A DNA stretch of 64,000 nucleotides from an uncultured Gemmataceae bacterium (GTDB taxonomy: Bacteria; Planctomycetota; Planctomycetia; Gemmatales; Gemmataceae). Below the pieces are notes generated by a model. The model had not been told where the DNA came from and made no database searches. It saw only the letters and a program-made list of their open reading frames with translations. Positions 62,503 to 64,000 of this stretch are shown in pieces. The position numbers and the translations under genes were made by a program. Location: positions 2,048,001 to 2,112,000 of the forward strand of contig CAVVPN010000011.1 of NCBI GenBank assembly GCA_963750165.1, read 5' to 3'. The first letter of the stretch is position 1. Each line of letters opens with the position of its first letter.

Positions 62503-62903
62503 GTGTCGATCTCCTATCAGGCCCCCAGGCTGGCGATGCCGGGGCGTCCTCTGATGGGGACTCCAAGTTGGCGGAGCGCAAAAGTTGAAAGGGAGCCCGA
62601 GTCTGACGGGCTGCGAGTCATGGCGAATCTGAGCGCGCCCGATCCCGATAGGCCCTTGAGAACTCGAACCAGGACGCCGTTGTCGCGCACCTTTTCATGC
62701 GAGAACGAAGATGCGGTGGGGACAAGCTCAAAAAGCCTCAAACAAGGTTACAGAGGCATCCCGCGGCCGGCAACGAAAATCTGACGCAAGAATTCGGACG
62801 CGCAGAACATTCATTTCCTTTTCACATTCCACGAAAAAACCACGAATCGGCGGGGCTTTATTGGTGGAAATCGTTGAAATCGTTGTTTCGGGGGATAACA
62901 TGA

Positions 62904-64000
<1,097 letters not shown>

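Noticed and set aside
16593..62322. Many long plus-strand ORFs (e.g. 16593-20576, 31226-34087, 36050-39535)
   Set aside because: Antisense shadows of the GC-rich giant gene; Arg/Gly/Val-rich with no recognisable motifs.

Overview
GC-rich bacterial window, most likely Planctomycetota (inferred from an N-terminal LEPRxLL-type leader, a planctomycete-style WD40 protein and a PEP-CTERM gene). About 46 kb (62502 to 16168, minus strand) reads as one giant gene of roughly 15,400 codons, split by six 1-2 nt frameshifts into seven ORF-track pieces. It encodes an adhesin-like stalk (Ig/PPC, beta-propellers, discoidin, L-lectin, CARDB, putative-Ig, an RHS remnant, dockerin-like and VCBS modules). The stalk is followed by about 50 copies of a ~46-aa Thr/Ser-rich repeat, a HINT autoprocessing domain, a hydrophobic linker and a C-terminal HAE...CxxC deaminase-like tip. 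A translationally coupled candidate immunity gene and a nested REP-like hairpin follow. Together this looks like a giant polymorphic toxin-immunity system. The left 15 kb holds a membrane-anchored caspase-fold protein lacking the catalytic Cys, a stand-alone KdpD-N/USP protein, a transglutaminase-FN3 protein, a WD40 protein, a truncated TIR gene next to gene debris, a frameshifted GH2-like gene and a PEP-CTERM gene. The 5' part of katG starts at the right edge. All domain calls come from motifs read by eye; no database searches were run.
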